Source: an uncultured virus (IMG/VR IMGVR_UViG_3300027418_000007)
Lineage: Duplodnaviria > Heunggongvirae > Uroviricota > Caudoviricetes
Strand: one strand, 5' to 3'
Length of the DNA stretch: 64,000 nucleotides
IMG/VR virus record: IMGVR_UViG_3300027418_000007
In this document: positions 59,300 to 64,000 of the stretch, in pieces
Layout of the letters: each line of letters opens with the position of its first letter
Numbering within the stretch: position 1 is the first letter of the stretch
Notes under the pieces: model-generated
Told to the model about the DNA's origin: nothing
The model's database searches: none
The model's input: only the letters and a program-made list of their open reading frames with translations
Position numbers and translations under genes: made by a program

Positions 59300-60574
59300 T
59301 TGATGATGTTCCAACTCCGTCCTCACCAACAAACTGCTATGGATGCTCTCTCGCAGCATTCTAAAGGTATTGTCGTGATGCCAACAGGCGGCGGTAAAAC
59401 TAATGTAGGTATTTTCGATGCTGTTCGCCAATTCCAGTCTAACATCTCAAAGACAATTGTAGTTGTTAGTCCTCGTATTTTGCTTGCTGAACAGTTGTCT
59501 TCTGAGTATCTTGAGTTTATCACTAATGCTAATGTTCTTCATATTCACTCCGGAGAAACTAGGCATTTTAGCACCACGAAACCTAATGTAATTCGTAATT
59601 GGTACGAGCAGGCACAAGGTCACAAACTTATCTTCACCACCTATAACTCTCTACAGCAACTACAAAGGGCAGAAATCACCGTTGATACAATTTATATGGA
59701 TGAGGCACATAATTCTATTCAACGTCACTTCTTCCCTGCGGTAGAGTATTTCAGTGCAGAGGCAGAGCGTTGTTTCTTCTTTACTGCCACCCCAAAATAC
59801 AGCAATGTAATTGGTAAGGCAGGTATGAATGATACTGAGGTCTACGGTAGCATCATCGCTAAGGTTCCTGCTCCTCAATTGGTTCAGAACGGTTACATCA
59901 TTCCTCCTAAGGTGATTTGCAAGCAGATGCGACTTTCGGTCAAGGGTGAGGACATCGCTCAACGGGACTGTGAGTATCTACTTGACCTTATCCTTAATCC
60001 CAAGCAGGTTACTGTAACTGAGGGTTTGGTTGATTACTCAAACTCTGTTGATAAAGTCCTGATTTGTGCCAAGGCAACCAAGCACATTATTGGTCTGCTT
60101 TCCGAAACTGACTTTGCCGAACAACTGGCAGAGGAAGGTTATTCTGTGATGCACATTACTTCCAAGCACGGTGCCTTTATTGATGGTGATAAAGTCAATC
60201 GTGAGGTATTCTTTGATACTCTCAACGAGTGGGGTAAGGATGCCGACAAGAAGTTTGTGGTTCTTCATCACAGCATTCTGGCAGAAGGCATTAACATCTC
60301 TGCTCTGGAAGCGGTTGTGTTTATGCGTTCTATGGACATCGTAGGTATCGGTCAAACGGTCGGTAGGACGCTGCGTCTTCACCCCCAGGATGCCGCTGGA
60401 ATCCGCTCTGGTGCCCTTGTGGCAGGTGCTCTGGACTCCTACACCAAATCCTATGGTCTGGTGATTTGCCCGACCTTTGACAAGGCATCTACGGGCACGG
60501 CACAGAAGGTTCAGAACGTGATGGACATTATCTTCCAGAAGGGGGATGTGGCAATCAGCACGATCAATCGCTGA
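59300..60574 (+). CDS. Superfamily 2 helicase (DEAH/ResIII-like)
   Basis: LRPHQ, MPTGGGKT, DEAH, TAT, EG and Q..GR..R motifs. Confidence 0.9.
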   Translation: MMMFQLRPHQQTAMDALSQHSKGIVVMPTGGGKTNVGIFDAVRQFQSNISKTIVVVSPRILLAEQLSSEYLEFITNANVLHIHSGETRHFSTTKPNVIRNWYEQAQGHKLIFTTYNSLQQLQRAEITVDTIYMDEAHNSIQRHFFPAVEYFSAEAERCFFFTATPKYSNVIGKAGMNDTEVYGSIIAKVPAPQLVQNGYIIPPKVICKQMRLSVKGEDIAQRDCEYLLDLILNPKQVTVTEGLVDYSNSVDKVLICAKATKHIIGLLSETDFAEQLAEEGYSVMHITSKHGAFIDGDKVNREVFFDTLNEWGKDADKKFVVLHHSILAEGINISALEAVVFMRSMDIVGIGQTVGRTLRLHPQDAAGIRSGALVAGALDSYTKSYGLVICPTFDKASTGTAQKVQNVMDIIFQKGDVAISTINR

Positions 60575-60639
60575 ACTGGCACAGGGGGTTGATCAACGGA
60601 CCCCTTTCCTGCTATAATACTCTGAGATTTAAAATCATT

Positions 60640-61242
60640 ATGACGAAACCAATTTTAACTCCAACTGAATATGATGCACTTTGTAACATTCTTGAATGGG
60701 CATGGACTTCTCTTCATCAAGAACCAGAACTTTGTTTAAAAGATATTAACTATTCTTCTGCATCAAAGGTAGTTAAACAAGAGCGCACTGAAGCGGAACC
60801 AGATAATGGATTGAGTCCAAGTCTTTATACAGAATATGAACCAACTGGTGTAGATCCAATCAAAACTGGTGAGTGTGGTCTTGGACTTGCAGAAGCATTT
60901 GAATATACTTTAGAAGAACCAAATGCGGATAATATTCATACTATGATTACCACCTTGATGTATAAGTTGAACTGTAATCCTTGTCTTGCAAATGGTCTTG
61001 GTAATACTTGGGAAAATCTTGCACCTCTTGTAGATAATAACGAACGAGATCGTTTAGAAAATATTGGTGATGATCCAGATGTTACAACACAAACACTTGA
61101 AGGGTATGTTGTTGAAGATATTAGTTTGAAGAATAAGGTTTCCCGACTTCAAGAATACTTTGATGATGTAGGTGAAAATGGTCTTATTCAATTAGATGAT
61201 AATCTTTGGATTGATGGTAGAAATTCCGATATTTTTCCCTGA
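60640..61242 (+). CDS. Hypothetical acidic early protein
   Basis: ATG at 60640 downstream of a promoter cassette; the track start at 60589 lies inside the promoter. Confidence 0.65.
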   Translation: MTKPILTPTEYDALCNILEWAWTSLHQEPELCLKDINYSSASKVVKQERTEAEPDNGLSPSLYTEYEPTGVDPIKTGECGLGLAEAFEYTLEEPNADNIHTMITTLMYKLNCNPCLANGLGNTWENLAPLVDNNERDRLENIGDDPDVTTQTLEGYVVEDISLKNKVSRLQEYFDDVGENGLIQLDDNLWIDGRNSDIFP

Positions 61243-61346
61243 GACAATCGCTGAACTGACACAGGGGGTTGACAAGGATTCCTTTTTGGTATATGATACT
61301 CATATGCTCAATCAATTGATGGGCAATACACATCGCATTAAACTAA

Positions 61347-62405
61347 ATGAAAAAAATTAAAGTTCACTCAGAGCAGGTTTTTCCTGTTCATCGTGTTGAG
61401 GTTACTTCTGAAGACGGACCTCAATACCCACTACTACAGTTAATTGATGATAACTTCGTTCCACGATTAACTTCCAAAATCATTCCCACAACTGCCAATT
61501 ATCCTCGAAAGACTGAACTTGCCAAGGGCAATCTGGATGTTCTGATCGCATCAACAAAGGAAGGATGGGCAGTAAGACAATGGCCATTTAGTGTATTTGT
61601 AGATGGCGATGGTAATGAGAGTTTGTTCGACCATCGACACCTTCTGAAGGCAGTAAAGGAAAACAACTATCACTCCGTTCCTGTTGCATTGTATGTGCGA
61701 AAGGATACTGGTAACGAACTTTACGACAATCTTTCTGACAATTCTGCTTTAAGTTTGATGGGTTTGTATGCAAATGCAACGGATGGTACAGTAAATGCGG
61801 TTCAGAATGACTTTATCAACGTTGTGAAGTTGGTGATTGAAGATGAGAGTCTTCCTCTGACTCGTGATGTTGTCGGGGAATTGCTAGATATCTGTGGCAT
61901 TACTTCTCGGTATGCACATAAACCTGTCATCACGGCAATTGAAAATGCTATTCTGGATAGAAAGACTAAATCTACCAAGGTTTTTAACACTACCAAGGAA
62001 GAAATCAAGCAGTGGATTAAATCCAATCCGATGTTTGGTTCTAACAACTATTCCTCTGAAGATGGAGTTGCAACCCGACATAAGATTCTTGACTCCCAGT
62101 TCACTTATCGGTATGCTGGAGACATTCTCAAGTGGGCGATATCTGCCTGGAGAAAGGGTGAAAAGGTTCGCGTAATCTGTAACAGCTACGCCGAGCACGA
62201 ATCTGACATCGAAGCAGATCGCCAAGAGATTATCAAGGTTATGGAAGAAGTGTTCCTCGGACCTATTAACTTCTACTGTGAGAAGATTCACGCACAGTTT
62301 GGTGGTATGATTACTCCTCCTACAGTGTCTCTTGATGAACTCCCGCTTGAATTGTGGGCAGCTCCTCAAATTGAAGGGGAAACTGAAGCAATTCAACTCC
62401 TCTGA
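61347..62405 (+). CDS. Hypothetical protein, weak ParB/Srx-like N-terminus
   Basis: 352 aa with its own promoter; LFDHRHLLKA loosely resembles the ParB DG.HR..A motif. Confidence 0.55.
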   Translation: MKKIKVHSEQVFPVHRVEVTSEDGPQYPLLQLIDDNFVPRLTSKIIPTTANYPRKTELAKGNLDVLIASTKEGWAVRQWPFSVFVDGDGNESLFDHRHLLKAVKENNYHSVPVALYVRKDTGNELYDNLSDNSALSLMGLYANATDGTVNAVQNDFINVVKLVIEDESLPLTRDVVGELLDICGITSRYAHKPVITAIENAILDRKTKSTKVFNTTKEEIKQWIKSNPMFGSNNYSSEDGVATRHKILDSQFTYRYAGDILKWAISAWRKGEKVRVICNSYAEHESDIEADRQEIIKVMEEVFLGPINFYCEKIHAQFGGMITPPTVSLDELPLELWAAPQIEGETEAIQLL

Positions 62406-62488
62406 TCCACTTTCATAACTGGCACAGGGGGTTTTCAACGGACCCCTTTCCTGCTATAATACACAAGTAACCAAAAGAGGAAACTCAA

Positions 62489-62623
62489 ATGAAGTATCGG
62501 GTGATTTTTATTGCCGGTAATCAACGCCAAACAGAAGAAGTATATGCTAACAATCCTGCTGAGGCAAAAAAAGTTATTGAGGCACGAAATCTAAACGCCA
62601 GAGTTGTGAATGTCACATGCTGA
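62489..62623 (+). CDS. Small early hypothetical protein (44 aa, not in ORF track)
   Basis: GAGG RBS; MKYRVIFIAG...EEVYANN..EAKK...ARN. Confidence 0.65.
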   Translation: MKYRVIFIAGNQRQTEEVYANNPAEAKKVIEARNLNARVVNVTC

Positions 62624-62871
62624 CCCCTAACATACCAAATACTCCCAATTATGATATTCTGAATAATAAACCTTCAGACCCTGCTGGTTATGTGACTAAA
62701 GACGGGAAATGGGCAGCAGTTCCTTGGGGTAATAAGTTCGTTATTATCTGTAATGGCGAACAGGTTCATACCTCAAATAACCTCACAACTGCCAAGGACT
62801 ACATTCAGAAAAAAGTTAAACAGACTCCACGAAAGCGTACTACATCATCCAGTCTTGAGGAATATCTATGA
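62617..62871 (+). CDS. Hypothetical protein
   Basis: 84-aa ORF overlapping its neighbours in an operon. Confidence 0.65.
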   Translation: MLTPNIPNTPNYDILNNKPSDPAGYVTKDGKWAAVPWGNKFVIICNGEQVHTSNNLTTAKDYIQKKVKQTPRKRTTSSSLEEYL

Positions 62872-63068
62872 AAAAACTTGTCTTTCTTCTTCCTCTTCTT
62901 TTCATTCAACCGGCATCGGCAAATGAAATGATGATTACTGTAAATGTGAATCGGGTTTGTGCCGCAATTGTGAACATTCCCTATGCCTCTGATAATTTTT
63001 CGGATGCTGAATTTCAAAAGTGGAAGAATTGTGTGGCATATCTTCGTCAGTTTGATGGAATTCAGTGA
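62868..63068 (+). CDS. Small protein with a signal-peptide-like N-terminus
   Basis: MKKLVFLLPLLFIQPASA; two Cys. Confidence 0.6.
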   Translation: MKKLVFLLPLLFIQPASANEMMITVNVNRVCAAIVNIPYASDNFSDAEFQKWKNCVAYLRQFDGIQ

Positions 63069-63271
63069 TGGAAGTATTTCAACAAACCTCTGATGCCCCA
63101 TATAATCGTCATAACTACGAACTTGTCCTGAAAAGTGGCAAAACCATATTTTTTGACGATTGGACGGGCGTTCAGGGGTATTGGTTCGTTCACAACCAAA
63201 TCCCCGATTATTTGGATTATGTAAATGCCCTTGATAAAACTAAAAAGAAATCTAAGGCAGTCGGGTTCTAA
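63065..63271 (+). CDS. Hypothetical protein
   Basis: Translationally coupled 68-aa ORF. Confidence 0.6.
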   Translation: MMEVFQQTSDAPYNRHNYELVLKSGKTIFFDDWTGVQGYWFVHNQIPDYLDYVNALDKTKKKSKAVGF

Positions 63272-63298
63272 ATAGTGCCAATAAAGAGGTAATTTCAT

Positions 63299-63571
63299 AT
63301 GACACCTTTTCAATCTGCCTGTGTTGTAATATTCGGAATACTCGCATACCTGATATGGGTAGATGAAAATATTGCGATATATTTGACTCTTATCTTCAAA
63401 GTTATAAAAATCAATACCGAAAGAATGTTGTGGATGATAAGACTTCATCCAAAAAATCCGATTACAAACCTGATGATGAAATGGAAGTATGAAAGACTCG
63501 CAAGAGAACTTCAGGCAGAAATGGAATGTAAAGCAACTGAACTCAACAACAATAGCAAGATTATTGAGTGA
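63299..63571 (+). CDS. Small membrane protein
   Basis: GAGG RBS, hydrophobic N-terminus, HPKNP motif. Confidence 0.6.
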   Translation: MTPFQSACVVIFGILAYLIWVDENIAIYLTLIFKVIKINTERMLWMIRLHPKNPITNLMMKWKYERLARELQAEMECKATELNNNSKIIE

Positions 63572-63686
63572 GCTTGAGGGAGTTTCATACTTACTTGATT
63601 GTATTGATGAAGAAGACTTTGAAACCATAACTCAACTCAAGAAAAAATACTATAAGATGTATTTTTCTATGCTAAAATCGGAATGA
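63489..63686 (+). CDS. Hypothetical protein (start uncertain)
   Basis: Overlapping ORF that fills the gap to the next promoter. Confidence 0.45.
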   Translation: MKDSQENFRQKWNVKQLNSTTIARLLSELEGVSYLLDCIDEEDFETITQLKKKYYKMYFSMLKSE

Positions 63687-63781
63687 CTAATCCAATTGAA
63701 GAACTGGCACAAGGCACTTGACCTTCCGAGTCAGGTGCCTTATAGTATATACATACAAATCCAAAGCGATGACCTATGGAA

Positions 63782-64000
63782 ATGAAAATCAAAGTAGTCA
63801 GTGATTTACATTTAGAGTGTTGTGAGCACGGGCACGGAGTTCCTGACCTTGGAGAAGGTGAGGTTCTGATTCTTGGTGGAGACATTCTTTGTGCTCGTCA
63901 CTTTAAGAAGGATGGACCTCTTAAGAAAGTTTATAATGACTTTCTACAAAAGTGTGTAAAGAACTTTGATGAGGTTCTGTATCTTGCGGGAAATCACGAA
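63782..64000 (+). CDS. Metallophosphoesterase (calcineurin-like), 3' truncated by window edge
   Basis: SDLH, GGDI and GNHE motifs; not in the ORF track. Confidence 0.85.
   Translation, partial: MKIKVVSDLHLECCEHGHGVPDLGEGEVLILGGDILCARHFKKDGPLKKVYNDFLQKCVKNFDEVLYLAGNHE

Larger units (their letters stand above)
59239..63746 (+). repeat. Dispersed early-promoter cassette AACTG(G/A)CACA-N5/6-(-35)-N17/18-(-10)
   Basis: Copies at 59239, 60574, 61254, 62417 and 63702; variant at 58635. Confidence 0.85.

Noticed and set aside
60589..60639. ORF-track N-terminal extension of the 60640 gene
   Set aside because: The TTG start lies in the promoter -35 box, upstream of the predicted transcription start.

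Overview
A 64-kb AT-rich segment of a T4-like cyanomyovirus (Kyanoviridae-type; a freshwater Synechococcus/Cyanobium host is inferred). (1) 1-29344 is a late-transcribed accessory island. Fibre/virion-surface genes (a 2091-aa fibre with 62 in-register 17-aa repeats, two cassette-like paralogues, three paralogous triple Kelch-like propeller proteins) alternate with tailoring enzymes (3 glycosyltransferase-like, 2 sulfotransferases, 3 2OG-Fe(II) oxygenase-like). (2) 29341-37043 holds a candidate sRNA, glutaredoxin, thyX, phoH, a GIY-YIG homing endonuclease, an exonuclease, gp33, gp59 and gp32. (3) 37075-49061 is the baseplate/tail module (gp53, gp48, gp2-like, gp4, tube initiator, gp26, gp51, two tape-measure-like genes, gp27-like, split gp5). 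(4) 49270-58554 has small early genes, tRNA-Ile(UAU), tRNA-Leu(UAA), a second endonuclease and two large fibre genes. (5) 58560-64000 has a third endonuclease, an SF2 helicase and early genes separated by a repeated AACTGGCACA promoter cassette. Best leads: a candidate programmed -1 frameshift fusing gp26 to gp51 ahead of the tape-measure-like genes, the fibre-tailoring island, an antisense mini-RNA/hairpin cassette ahead of a homing endonuclease, and a structured ~97-nt sRNA. All product calls come from motif recognition and synteny; no database searches were run.
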